This document shows, piece after piece, positions 24,376-37,625 of a stretch of 64,000 nucleotides of DNA. The notes below the pieces were generated by a model. It was not told the DNA's origin, did not search any database, and saw only the letters and a list, made by a program, of their open reading frames with translations. Numbering within the stretch: position 1 is the first letter of the stretch; every line of letters starts with the position of its first letter. Source of the stretch: Chiloscyllium plagiosum (taxonomy: Eukaryota); NCBI RefSeq assembly GCF_004010195.1, contig NC_057753.1:5636367-5700366 (forward strand), in the 5' to 3' direction. Position numbers and translations under genes: made by a program.

Positions 24376-27194
24376 GGTAGCCTGGACCCTGACATTTTCC
24401 TTTAAAATAAGAAAAAGTTGGGTGCTGTGTTCTAGGTGCAATTTGATTGGTCAAACTGCTCGACATTAAACAAAACAATTTATTCAAACTCTACAATTAA
24501 AATCCAACTAAAGAAAGAAGAACTTGAAGTAACTTAATTCTAATGAACAACTTCATAGAATAGATAATGACTAATATTAATTAACTGCTCTAATCTAGCA
24601 ACATCGCATAAACACACGCTTGGCAAAAGGAAAATTCACGAGACAGACTCACATACAACGTAGCAGCCCAGGACGAGAACCCACCCTCCCCACCCCACCC
24701 CAGCCCCCCAACCCCCAGTTTTTTTAATGGAAAGAGGGCAACATACCTTCCACTTCTTCAACACCTCAACAGCAACTGCTAAAAGCTAAACTATGGATCC
24801 CCAGTTCTTTGGGTGGGGAGCTTGACCACACCCATTCAGGCTGCATCTATTGTTTCAACAAAAAGCCAAGACCTCACAAGTTGCTTATCTTCTCTTAGTT
24901 TGCTCAGCACCTATACCCAATCTCCCTCTTACAGAAACCAGGACAAAACACACCTCTTAAGGCCACAGTCTTGTCACACCTGATACTCCCTGGAGGCCTA
25001 CCATTCATTTTGTATATTCTTCCCTTTTTAGACTTTCCAAAATTGCATCACTTCACACGTATCAGGATTAATTTTCATCTGTTGCTGTTCTGGCCAATTT
25101 GCCAGCTGATTCATTTCAGACTGCAGCCTGAGATCATCTTCCTCACAGTCAATGATGCCACCAATCTCCAAACATACAAATTATGCCTGCTTCATTCATA
25201 TCCAAGTCGTGAGTGGAAATGACAAACAGGATGGGTCCCAGCCCCAATGCCTTTCAGATGTTGCTGATCACAAAAAAAAAATGCCATTGCACCATCATCC
25301 ATTGCTTCCATTTCCAAGCCAATTTGGCTCTTCTGGACAAGCCTTCAATGTGGCACCTTGTCAAAGGTCAGACTGAATTTGACGTAAACCTCCTTAACTT
25401 TATTACACTAATCAATATATTGTCACTTGTCAAAAAAAACTCAAATAGATTAGTCAGACAGTATCTCCCCACCAGCAATTCCATGCTGATTATTCCTGAT
25501 CATCCTTATCTTTCCAAACGTTCATTTATCTTGTTCCTCAGTTTTATTTTCCCAATAATATCCCCGCCACTGGTGTCAGACTAGCTGGGTTGCAATTACC
25601 TGGACTATCCCTTTCGACCACCTTGAACCAAGGAGCCAGATTATCCATGCTCCAGTCACCTGGCACATCATCTGTGGACAGCAAAATATTAACTCGCTCT
25701 GCCAGCAGTCTCCTCCCTTACCTCCCGTAGCAACCTGGGATAGGTCACATCAGGCCACAGAGAGTTTCCACAACCTTTATATCAGCACCACTTCCACCTC
25801 TCTCCCCCATTTCCACTGGGGACAGTTTACATCACTTAGACGTGTGTGCTTTATTACAGCTGCGAATACTTTAACTTTGAAACTTGCCTATTAATTTAAC
25901 ACTTTTTCATACTTGAAAATATTTTAAAGTATTAGAAATGCATATAAATATTTTAAGCATCAAATGATGTGCACAGGAATTGATCCTAAGTTTTAATATG
26001 CATCAGTGCAACAATATTTAAACAGAACAGAAAAAAAAGCAAGCTCTTACGTCCTCAGGTGATGGTCAACGTTAAAATGCTTGATTAACGTTAAACCTTT
26101 AACGGGAGCATTTTAAGTTGTTGAAGTATAATGTTAGATGCTTTGTTCTATAAGAATCCCTTTAATTTATAGCAAACATCCCAGTAGATCATTACACTGC
26201 TTCAAACTTTGTTTTTCACAGTATCTTTTTCTAATACCAGGACTGAAGCGAAATGTTGAGAGACCCTTAAAGCTCCTTTTCTCCCAGTTTAATTCTCCGC
26301 CGGGATGATTATTTTTCTGTATCCATATAACATGTATCTGCACCACATTATGTGAAAATAAATCTAGCCAAATTTAGTTTCCAAATTCATTTCCTCATTA
26401 GATTTTTGGAGTACACCAAATATTCCTTTTCCCATTATGGAAAGACCAGTGCTAAAATACTGACATTTTAACTAGTTAATTTTTGTTCCAAATTACACTC
26501 AATATTTTTGATAGATTTATTGTACAAAAGAAATTAACACAGCATCCAGAATGATCAATAATGTTATTACCAAGGTTTCCTTATGAGGCTTTATTTCTGG
26601 ATGGCTGTGTGCCTGCTCTGAATAACACTCGGGTCATATTCAATGCAACTTCTGATCCTTCAGCCAGGATTGTTAAATGACCCTTCCTGACAGTTTACAA
26701 AGTGACCTGACCAGATATCTTTGAAGGACTGGATTTTTGACATGTAAACGTTCCTACAAAACATCAAAACTGGGGATGTTTACTCTAGTGTAAATACAGG
26801 CCTGGAGACATGGCTGAGGGGTTCAAGTGATCTAATGGAGATCCCTTGTGATCTCCCAGCGGGGGTTTCAGCAACACCGAATTGTTATGGTGCGGGGGAA
26901 ATCCTTCAGCCCAACATGACTGTTAGGGAGAAATGTCAAAGAGGAGTCTGCGTTCAGCAATACAACCAATCTTTATTCAAGCTCTTTACCACACCTATTG
27001 GAGAGGCAAGAGACTGCTCCAGATCTAGCTTTGACATGGGATGCATTTGCCCTCTTCATTAAAGTTCAGGTCGGAGGAGAGGTCAGTGACACTCTGATTT
27101 CCCCAGTGTTATACAGCATTTTTATACATTTCGCGTTACAATAATTACATGCAGCATTGTTATTGTTCCTTCCCCCTCAATCGACACATCCAAT

Positions 27195-27782
27195 CCTGTG
27201 AAACACCTACGAAATTCAGCTTGTTCGGAAGGGCCCCCACCAACGTTTACAGATGTACCATAGAAAGCAGACTGTCCAAGTGCATAATGGCCTGTATCGC
27301 AACTGTTTTGCGCAGAACCATAAGAAACTATGGAAGTGTTCACATCCCAGACCAGCCAATCTCCCACCTATGGACACCATTTACCCTTCTCATTGCTGCA
27401 GAAAGGCTGCCAACATCATCAACGACCCATCACACCCTGGTAATGCTCTCCTACGACCTCTTTGGTCAGGCAGAAGATACAAAAGCTTGTACACATGCAC
27501 CAACAGGTTCATGAACAGTTTCCTCCCTGCCGTTATTAGACTGATGAATGGACTCTCTAACCTCAAATAATGTTGATCTTGTTAACGCTGGTCTTGCTTC
27601 GCACACCTCCTGTGCAGTGCAACCTAGATGCCTCACTCTGCATATGATCTATGTCTCTGATCCATGCATCTGCCTCTGTAATTGATCTGTATGTCTTTGT
27701 TTGCTATGATCTGCATGCACTGATCACAAACAAAGCTTCTCAATATACTTAGGTACACATGACTACAATAAATCAAATCAAG
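27195..27782 (+). mobile_element. Rex1/Babar-type LINE 3' end
   Basis: YRCTIES...KAANIINDPSHPG...SGRRYKSL...RFMNSFLPAVIRL; aataaatcaaatcaa tail. Confidence 0.75.
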
Positions 27783-28016
27783 TGATGTACACCCCTATGT
27801 TCCTCATGATGTCCTGATGTTTATCAGATATTGCAATCAGAAGCAAAAAGTGTGGCGCTGGCAAAGCACAGCAGATCAGGCAGCATCCAAGGAGCAGGAC
27901 AGTCGACATTTTGGGCACCACGGTAGCTACGGGGCAACATGGTGGTTCAGTGCCTGGGACTGAGGTTCGATTCCAGCCTTCGGTCTCTGGGCTGCAGATG
28001 AGATTCGCCAGGATGT

Positions 28017-28270
28017 TTGCTGCCTTACAGCACCAAGGACCCGGGTTCAATGCCTACCTCAGGCGACTGTCTGTATGGAGTTTGCACATTCTCCCCATGT
28101 TTGCATGGGTTTCCTCCGGGTGCTCCGGTTTACTCCCACTATCCAAAGATGTGCAGGTTAGGGTGAATTAGCCAGGCTAAATTGCCCAGAGTGTTAGGTG
28201 CACTAGTCAGAGGGAAAAAGGATCTGGGTGGGTTGTTCTTCGGAGGGTCGGTGTGGACTTGATAGGCCGA
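28017..28270 (+). mobile_element. HE1 SINE, truncated
   Basis: V-domain; same CR1-SINE junction as at 9096-9130. Confidence 0.85.
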
Positions 28271-29683
28271 AAACCACCAATCAGGAATGGACCCGGACCA
28301 TAGAACAGGCCGTCACTTGATTAGGTTCCCTACAGTGTGGCCAACCTCCTATTTATCTCTCAGCCCCCTTTCCTCCCTCCCCTCCACATTCCTGATGAAG
28401 GGCTTATGATTAGATGAGATTAGGTTCCCTACAGTGTGGAACCTAATCTCATCTAATCATAAGCCCTTCATCAGGAATGTGGAGGGGAGGGAGGAAAGGG
28501 GGCTGAGAGATAAATAGGAGGTTGGCGTTGGGGGTGGGGAAAGTGGTGGGGAAGGCAATAGGTAGATGCAGAATGGGGGTGATATTGATAAGTCAGAGTG
28601 GAGGATGGAGCAGATAGATGGAAAGGAAGATGGACAAGTAGGACAGTTCAAGAGGATGGTGCTGTGTTGGAGGGCTGGATCTGGAATGAGGTGAGGGGTC
28701 AGACAACCCTGTTGCCCTGTGGTCAACCACTTCAACTCCCCCTCCCACTCTGCCAAGGACATGCCTGTCCTGGGCCTCCTCCATCGCCAAATCCAAGCCA
28801 CCCAATGCCTGGAGGAAGAACACCTCATCTTCCCACCTTGGGACCCTCCAACCACGCCACATCAACATCAATTTCACCAGTTCACTCATCTCTCCTCTTG
28901 CCACCTCATCCCACATCCAATCCTCCAACTCAGCACTGCCCTCTTGAACTGTCCATCGTCTTTCCCACCTATCCGCCTCACCTTCCTGTCTGACCTATCA
29001 GTATCACCTCCCTCCTGCATCTATCTATCACCTTCCCAGCCACCTTTCCCTCACCCCTCCCTCTTATTTATCTCTCTACTGCAATTTCATCAACAGATGC
29101 CTAAGGGAAAGACAACGGAATGAGGACATGCCACAACCCAAAGGACTAACCACATTACCATACATCAAGAACATTTCTGAACTGACAGCCAGACTACTGC
29201 GACCACTAGGACTCATAACAGCACACAAACCACCAGCCACTCTCAGACAACAACTCACCAGAACGAAGGACCCGATACCCAGCATGAGCAAAACTAATGT
29301 AGTGCACAAAATCCCATGCAAGGACTGCACAAAACACTACGTAGGACAAACAGGAAGACAGCTAACGATCCATATCCATGAACACCAACTAGCCATGAAA
29401 CGACACGACCAGCTATCATTAGTAGACACACACGCAGATGACAAGCAACATGAGTATGACTGGAACAACACTACTATGATAGGACAAGCCAAACAGAGAA
29501 CAGCCAGGGAATTTCTACAGGCATTGCACTCATCCACAGATTCTATCAACAAACACATTGACCTGGACCCAATATACCGGTCACTGCAGCAGACAGCTGG
29601 AACTGACAACCGGAAGCGGCAGGGACAAGTCACTATAAATGCCGGAAGAAACAACACAGAAGTGCTTCACAGGAGGCTCCCAA

Positions 29684-29716
29684 GTACTGAGGATGTCACC
29701 TAGACGAAACGTCTGC
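29684..29716 (+). ncRNA. Minimal type-I hammerhead ribozyme motif (5' pLTR)
   Basis: gta-CTGAGGA-t-GTC-accta-GAC-GAAA-CGTC-tgc; all core residues present. Confidence 0.7.
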
Positions 29717-30695
29717 AACACAAATTCCCAGCTCGGCGAACAGAACCACAACAAGGAGCACCCGAGCTACAAATCTTCTCCCAAACTTTGAACACCTACA
29801 GGCGTGAAACGCTAAGACAAGCCAGGAAATGGGAATCCTGTGCCAACCGCCACATACAAACAACTCCGGTTCCTGCATGATTGCCGAAAGAATCGAATCC
29901 TTCCACCATGTGTCAGATACAGACCGCCAGTCAACAATCCACACGCCAGGCACACAGCCAAACAGAACGGATTCAGGATGATCCAGGTAATGATTACAGA
30001 AGCACACAACAGTCTATACAAATACAGGCAAGAAATTACGTGCCAAAAATCGTTAATTTCAAAAACCACCAATCAGGAATGGACCCGGACCATAGAACAG
30101 GCCGTCACCACAGGACAGAACAGGACTACACACCTAAAAAAAAAAGGCACTAAAAGAAAAAATGGCCAAACTAACACACAACAGAGAGGACACCACAACA
30201 CACACCTGAGTTATAAACCTCTCCCACAGACAGCTCACAGACACGGAAGAAATAATACTGGCCAAGGGATCCAACTATAACCACAGGGACGCTAAGACAG
30301 CAGACTTCCTAGCAGCACTAGAATGCACACTCAGGAACAATGGACTGACAGAAGAGACACAACAAAAGGTAAGACAAAGTATCGTACCCCTGATAACAAA
30401 GAAAAGACAAACACATAACCTCAACAACAAGGAGAGGGAAGCACTAAAATCACTAAGAAATGATAAGAACATAATCATACTACCTGCAGACAAAGGCAGA
30501 ATGATGGTCATCCTGGACAAAGCAGAGTACATCCAAAAAGCACAACAACTACTTGCAGATACGAACACCTACCAAAAGAGGAAGTTTGACCCCACCTCAC
30601 AACTCACCAATAGGATAAATATCACACTGAGGAACCTGCAAAAAAACGGACAGATAACCAGGTTGACCTACAGAGAATGACACCTGAAAGCAACA

Positions 30696-31012
30696 GGGTA
30701 GCACAGTGGTTAGCACTGCTGCTTCACAGCGCCAGAGACCCGGGTTCAATTCCCGCCTCAGGCGACTCTCTGTGTGGAGTTTGCACATTCTCCCCGTGTC
30801 TGCGTGGGTTTCCTCCAGGTGGTCCGGTTTCCTCCCACAATCCAAAAATGTGCAGGTTAGGTGAATTGGCCACGCTAAATTGCCCGTAGTGTTAGGTGAA
30901 GGGATAAATGTAGGAGAATGGGTCTGGGTTGGTTACGCTTCGGCGGGTCGGTGTGGACTTGTTGGGCCAAGGGGCCTGTTTCCACACTGTAAGTAATCTA
31001 ATCTAATCTAAT
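30696..31012 (+). mobile_element. HE1 SINE, young, inside the Penelope ORF
   Basis: A/B boxes, V-domain, (atcta)n tail, caaca TSD. Confidence 0.93.
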
Positions 31013-31086
31013 CAACATCACCCCCAGATTCTTTGGACTACCTAAAGTGCACAAACCAGACATCCCACTCAGACCCATCGTATCAC

Positions 31087-31433
31087 TAGATTAGATTAGA
31101 TTAGATTACTTACAGCGTGGAAACAGGCCCTTCGGCCCAACAAGTCCACACCAACCCGCTGAAGCGCAACCCACCGAGACCCATTCCCATACGTTTACTT
31201 CTTCACCTAACACTATGGACAATTTAGCATGGCCGATTCACCTAACCTGGGCATTTTTTGATGGGGAGGAAACTGGAGCACCCGGAGGAAACCCACGCAG
31301 ACACGGGGAGAATGTGCAAATTCCAGACAGAGTTGCCTGAGGCGGGAATTGAACCCAGGTCTCTGGCGCTGTGAGGCAACAGTGCTAACCATTGTGCCAC
31401 TGTGTCGCCCACCCACTGTGCCACCGTGCTCTC
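31087..31433 (-). mobile_element. HE1 SINE, young, inside the Penelope ORF
   Basis: (gatta)n tail at the left, tRNA head at the right with a duplicated 5' end. Confidence 0.93.
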
Positions 31434-32601
31434 CACCAGGGACACTATCACACAAACTGGCTAAGGAACTATAGCAGAAACTGAAACACCTGATCAGCGG
31501 ATCCAGACACAGTCAACATAGGAATTCTTGGACATCATCAGAAATATACACATAGACAAGGAAGAAACTATGGCCTCATTCAATGTAACGGCAATGTTCA
31601 CCTCGATCGACAAAACCCTAGCCAGAGAAATAATAGCCAACCTGCTGGACATACAGAACAGACAACAGGACGTTGAACCCATCAACAAAGACGGCATACT
31701 CAAACTACTGGACCTGTGTCTCACAACACACTTCACATTCAACAACCAAATATATGAACAAATCATCGGCACACCCATGGCCCCACCCATCTCTGGACTC
31801 ATAGCAGAAACAGTAATGCAAAGATTAGAACAAACAGTCTTACCACAAATTCAATCCAAACTCTGGGTCAGATATGTAGATGACACCTTTGTAATGATTA
31901 AAAACAGAAATAGAGAATACACACCGGATCATCAACGCCACACTCACAGGAATCCGATTCACGAGAGAGGAAGAAAAGGACAACTAACTCCCATTCCTAG
32001 ACGATGGTACAGAGAACACCAAACGGAGAATTCACCACAAAGGTACACAGGAAAGCCACCCACACAGACCAAGTCCTGAACTATGGAAGCAACCACCCCA
32101 ACACACACAAAATAAATTGCATCAGGACACTGTTCAAAAGGGCCACAACACACTGCAGTACACCAGAACTGCAAAAAGAGGAAGAACACCTCTACGATGT
32201 ATTCGCCAAAAGCGGATACCCCCGCAATTTCATCAACAGATGCCTAAGGAAAGACAACGAAATGAGGACATACCACAATCCAAAGGACTAGCCACGTTAC
32301 CATACATCAAGAACATTTCTGAACTGACAGCTAGACTACTACGACCACTAGGACTCATAACAGCACACAAACCAACAGCCACTCTCAGACAACAACTCAC
32401 CAGGACAAAGGACCCGATACCCAGCATGAGTAAAACCAACATAGTGTACAAAATCCCATGGAAGGACTGCACAGGACAAACAGGAAGACAGCTAACGATC
32501 CATATCCATGAACACCAACTAGCCACGAAACGTCACAACCAGCTATCCATAGTAGCCACACAAACACAGATGACAAGCTACATGAGTTCGACTGGGACAA
32601 C

Positions 32602-34567
32602 TTCTCACCCACTCCAACCTCTCACCCTCACAACTCGCAGCCCTCCACTCTCTCTGCTCCAATCCCAACTTCACTATCAAACCGGCAGACAAGGGAGACG
32701 CGGTGGTAGTTTGGCGCACCGACCTTTACACCGCTGAAGCTGGACACCAACTGGTGGACACCTCCTCCTACTGCCCCCTTGACCATGACCCCACCTCCCA
32801 CCACCAAACCATCATCTTCCAGACCATCCATAACCTCATCACCTCAGGAGATCTCCCATCCACTGCCTCCAGCCTCATAGTCCCACAACCCGCACCGCCC
32901 GCTTCTACCTCCTGCCCAAAATCCACAAACCCGACAGCCCCAGCCGACCTATTGTCTCAGCCTGCTCCTGCCCCACCGAACTTATTTCGGCAACCCCGAA
33001 CCGCCCGCTTCTACCTCCTGCCCAAAATCCACAAACCCGACAGCCCCAGCCGACCTATTGTCTCAGCCTGCTCCTGCCCCACTGAACTTATTTCGGCATA
33101 TCTTGACATGGTCCTGTCCCCCTTAGTCCAAGAACTCCCCACCTACGTTCGGGACACCACCCACACCATCCACCTCCTCCATGATTTTCGCTTCCCCGGT
33201 CCCCAAAGCCTTATCTTCACCATGGACATCCAGTCCCTATGCACTTCCATCCCCGATCACGAAGGACTCAAAGCCCTCCGCTTCTTCCTTTTCTGCCGAA
33301 CCAACCAATACCCTTCCACTGACACCCTCCTTCGACTGACTGAACTGGTCCGCACTCTTAACAACTTCTCTTTCCAATCCTCCCACTTCCTCCAAACCAA
33401 AGGAGTAGCCATGGGCACCCTCATGGGCCCCAGCTATGCCTGCCTCTGTCCATCTTCCCCAGCTACAGTGGCACCACCCCCACCTTTTCCTCCGCTACAT
33501 CGATGACTGTATCGGCGCTACCTCGTGCTCCCATGAGGAGGTTGAACAGTTCATCCAATTTACTAACACCTTCCACCCAGAACTCAAATTTACCTGGACC
33601 GTCTCAGATTCCTCCCTCCCCTTCCTAGACCTCTCCATTTCTATCTTGGGTGACTAACTCAACACAGACATTTACTACAAACCGATCGACTTCCACAGCT
33701 ACCTAGATTACATCTCCTCCCACCCTGCCCCCTGTAAAAACGCCATCCCATATTTCCAATTCCTTTGCCTCCGCCGCATCTGCTCCCAGGAGGACCAATT
33801 CCACTACCGAACTACCCAAATGACCTCCTTCTTCAAAGACCGCAATTTTCCCTCCGACATGGTTGACGTGCTCTCCACCGCATCTCCTCCACTTCCCGTA
33901 CCTCCACCCTTGAGCCCCGCCCCTCCAACCGCCACCAGGACAGAACCCCACTGGTCCTCACCTACCACCCCACCAACCTCCAGATACATCGTATCATCCT
34001 CCGTCATTTCCGCCACCTCCAAACAGACCCCACCACCANNNNNNNNNNNNNNNNNNNNNNNNNNNNNNNNNNNNNNNNNNNNNNNNNNNNNNNNNNNNNN
34101 NNNNNNNNNNNNNNNNNNNNNNNNNNNNNNNNNNNNNNNNNNNNNNNNNNNNNNNNNNNNNNNNNNNNNNNNNNNNNNNNNNNNNNNNNNNNNNNNNNNN
34201 NNNNNNNNNNNNNNNNNNNNNNNNNNNNNNNNNNNNNNNNNNNNNNNNNNNNNNNNNNNNNNNNNNNNNNNNNNNNNNNNNNNNNNNNNNNNNNNNNNNN
34301 NNNNNNNNNNNNNNNNNNNNNNNNNNNNNNNNNNNCGCTCTGCCCCACCCCCTCTCCAGCCTATCATCCTCACCCTCACCTCCTTCCACCTATCGCATTC
34401 CCAACGCCCCTCCCCCAAATTCCCTTCGCCCCGCTACTTTTTTTTTATCTCAGCCCACTTGGCACACCAGCCTCATACTTGAAGAAGGGCTTATGCCCAA
34501 AACGTCGATTTGCCTGATCCTCGGATGCTGCCTGTCCTGCTGCGCTTTTCCAGCGCCACACTTTTCA
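32602..34567 (+). mobile_element. Inner Neptune-type Penelope element (5'-truncated RT to terminus)
   Basis: KPADKG, RFYLLPKIHKP, FTMDIQSL, KGVAMGT, LRYIDD, LPFLD motifs; contains a gap; decayed hammerhead at about 34477-34510. Confidence 0.9.
34039..34335. other. Assembly gap (297 N)
   Basis: Run of N. Confidence 1.
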
Positions 34568-34778
34568 ACTATTATAGGACAAGCCAAACCAATAACAGCC
34601 AGGGAATTCCTACAGGCATGGCACTCATCCACAGATTCTATAAACAAACACATTGACCTGGACCCAATATACCAGTCACTGCAGCGGACAGCTGGAACTG
34701 GCAACCAGAAGCGGCAGGTACAAATCACTATAAATGCCGGAGGAAAGATCACAGAAGCGCTTCACAGGAGGCTCCCAA

Positions 34779-34818
34779 GCACTGAGGATGTCACCTAGAC
34801 AGGGGACGAAATGTCTGC
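34779..34818 (+). ncRNA. Hammerhead ribozyme motif (3' pLTR), stem III CpG-decayed
   Basis: gca-CTGAGGA-t-GTCaCCT-agac-AGGgGAC-GAAA-tGTC-tgc. Confidence 0.65.
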
Positions 34819-36269
34819 AACACAAATTCCCAGGTCGGCGGACAGAACCACAACAACGAGCACCCGAGCTACAAATCTTCTCACAGACTTTGAGTATCTC
34901 TCTACCGCCCCCGCACACCCCTCAATATTCCTGATGGAAGGCTTATGCCTGAAACATTGACTCTCCTGCTCCTAGGATGCTGCTCTTTTCCAGCAACACA
35001 CTTTTGACTCTGACACTCCAGTATCTGCAGTCCTCACTTTCACGCAATCACTATCATCAGGCCTTGGGATCTTACAATGTATTCCATTAATTCACATTCC
35101 AAAGTTAACAGCTTTACTCTTTGGCAGACATATCTCACACTAGTTCATCTCTCAGGACTGCTTGAATTCTAATATTCATTGTATTTATGTCCACCCCTAT
35201 CAAATTCTGTTACTCATCCTATATTTCCCACTGTCCTAATCACAGCCCAATGATGTTCATTCCTTCTAATTGCTATAACATTCATAATGTCACTTCTGAT
35301 GCAGTTAGTTATATACTAAGTTACACCTAATGCTAGGAATCTTTAGCTAACAAGTTGTGAGCAGCTTCTGCCCCAAATGCTGATTAAAACCCAGATCCTG
35401 AAAAGCTTGCCTCGCCGTCTGCTAAAAGGGTGAGTGAGTGAAAGAAAACCCCTGCTTTTAACTGTTTAAAACAAACTACAACTTATTGTCTCAGCTCTAA
35501 CAGTGAATACCAAACTGAAACTATGAACAAATCCAAGCCGCCTTTTTCTTGACGAATCGCTGTCTGACCCCCGACTCTTATGAAAATGCTGCTCCAATAA
35601 CACAATTATTAAACATTAAATCAACCTAATCTCTCAAATTCCATACAGTCTTCCTTCCAGTCTCTCGATTCTGTCCCGACGATTCTGCTGTCTTCTCCCT
35701 GGGTCGTTCTCTTACGTTTTACTGCTTTTACTGGAAAAGGTACATTCGATAGATAGTGCCTTCTGAGAGATTTCTTTTCAACAGCCCCTTTTAGATGGCA
35801 TGTGCTCTCATGTTCAACAGCATTTGCTCTGACTCATTTTCAATATGCCCCTGATTACACCTGAAACTCTGATAGTCTGAAACCAGTCAGACTGTCAACA
35901 TTATTGATTTTAAATTCAATTGGCTTTGAAGAGCTGACTGCTTGGTTTAAATCAATTAGTCAGATATGAAGTTGTTTTCCAAACAGCATCCAAAACTCAG
36001 CAATCCATTAAACAGCCAATTGTTACAGGTATCAGTTTTGAAATAGCCAGTCTCCCAGCTGTTCTGTGCACTGGCAGTGTTTGCATACCTTAAACTCAGA
36101 AAAGCACTTTCTGTCTTAAAGTGACCACAGACTCTTTCAACTTCTGAACACTTTGAAGCATTGCCCTTCTTTCTTGCAACCACACTGCAACTCATTCTGG
36201 TCATGTGCTGTCTTAGAAGATGAAATTTACTGATTCTGAATACTCTACACTAGCTCCTTTTCCTGATAA

Positions 36270-37625
36270 GACAACAGTCTTACGTCTGTGGTCAGCAAAG
36301 TTGTGGAAATAATCCTGATGGATAGGATTTATGACTATTTGGTAAAGCATAGTGTGATTAAAGGCAGTCAGCATGGCTTTGTGAGGGGCAGGTCATGTCT
36401 CACAAATCTTACTGAGTTCTTTGAGGAGGTGTCAAGACAGGTCGACGAAGGTTGAGCAGTGGATGTGGTGTATATGGATTTCAGCAAGGCATTTGATAGG
36501 GTTCCCCATGTTAGGCTCATTCATAAAAGTCAGGAAGAATGGGATACAGGGAGATTTGGCTATCTGGATTCAGAATTGGTTGGCTGACAGAAGGCAGGTA
36601 GTGTTTGTTGATGGAAAGTATTCTGCCTGGAGATCAGTGTTTAGTGGGGTCCTGCAGGGCTCTGTTCTTGGGCCTCTACTCTTTGTAGTTTTTATAAATG
36701 ACTTGGATGAGGAGATTATGGGGTGGGTTAGTAAATTTGCAGATGACACAAAGGTTGAAGGTGTCGTCAATAGTATAGAGGGCTACTGCAGGCTGCAGAT
36801 GGGATGCAGAGCTGGGCTGAGAAAAGGCAGATGGAATTCAACCTGGACAAATCCAAAGTGATGCATTTTGGAAGGTCGAACTAGAATGTTGAATAAAGGA
36901 TTAAGAACAGTGTGGAGGAACAGAGGGATCTGGGTGTGCAAGTACATAGATCCCTCGAAGTTGCCACGCAAGTGGATAGTGTTGTTAAGAAAGCATATGG
37001 TGTTTTGGCTTTCATTAACCGGGGATTGAGTTTAAGAGCTGCAAGGTTTTGTTGCAGCTCTATAAGTCCCTGGTGCGACCACACTTGGAATATTGTGTCC
37101 GGCTCTGGTCGCCCTACTATAGGAAAGATGTGGAGGCTTTGGAAAGGGTGCAAAGAAGGTTTTACCAGGTTGCTATCTGGACTGGAGGGCTTGCCTTATG
37201 AAGAAAGATTGAATAAGCTCGGACTTTTCTCTCTGGAGAGAAGGAGGAGAGAGGAGACTTGATCGAGGTATACAAGGTAGTGAGATGCATGGATAGATTC
37301 AATAGCCAGAGACTTTTCCCACAGGCAGGATTGACTGGTACGAGAAGTCATAGTTTGAAGGTATTAGGAGAAAGGTATAGAGGAGACGTCAGAGGTAGGT
37401 TCTTTACGCAGAGAGTTGTGAACGCATGGAATGCATTGCCACCGGTGGTGGTGGAAACAGAGTCATTGGGGACATTTAAGTGACTGCTGGACATGCACAT
37501 GGAGATAGCAGTGAGTTGAGGGGTGCGTAGGGTAAGTTACTATATTTTCCATTCGGATTAAATCTCGGCATAACATCGTGGGCCAAAGGGCCTGTCCTGT
37601 GCTATACTTTACTACGTTCTATTCC
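36270..37625 (+). mobile_element. CR1 LINE, RT to 3' end
   Basis: GVLQGSVLGPLLFVVFINDLD...KFADDTK; similar to 5890-9060. Confidence 0.92.

Larger units (their letters stand above)
29080..34894 (+). mobile_element. Near-complete Poseidon-type Penelope element with pseudo-LTR direct repeat (disrupted)
   Basis: RT (SFNVTAMFT, GTPMAPPIS, WVRYVDDTF) and GIY-YIG (NVVHKIPC..C...YVGQTGR); 29080-29790 repeats 32224-32601 plus 34568-34894; 11-bp TSD tatctctctac at 29069-29079 and 34895-34905. Confidence 0.92.
27846..35045. mobile_element. Outer Neptune-type Penelope element with inverted 5' arm (host of the nested insertions)
   Basis: Minus arm at 27846-27917 and 28460-28697; plus body at 28698-29079, resuming at 34895-35045; HFNSPSHS...EEEHLIF peptide. 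Confidence 0.75.

Noticed and set aside
33804..34482. Long ORFs containing X runs (also 7241-7982)
   Set aside because: Artefacts of reading through N gaps
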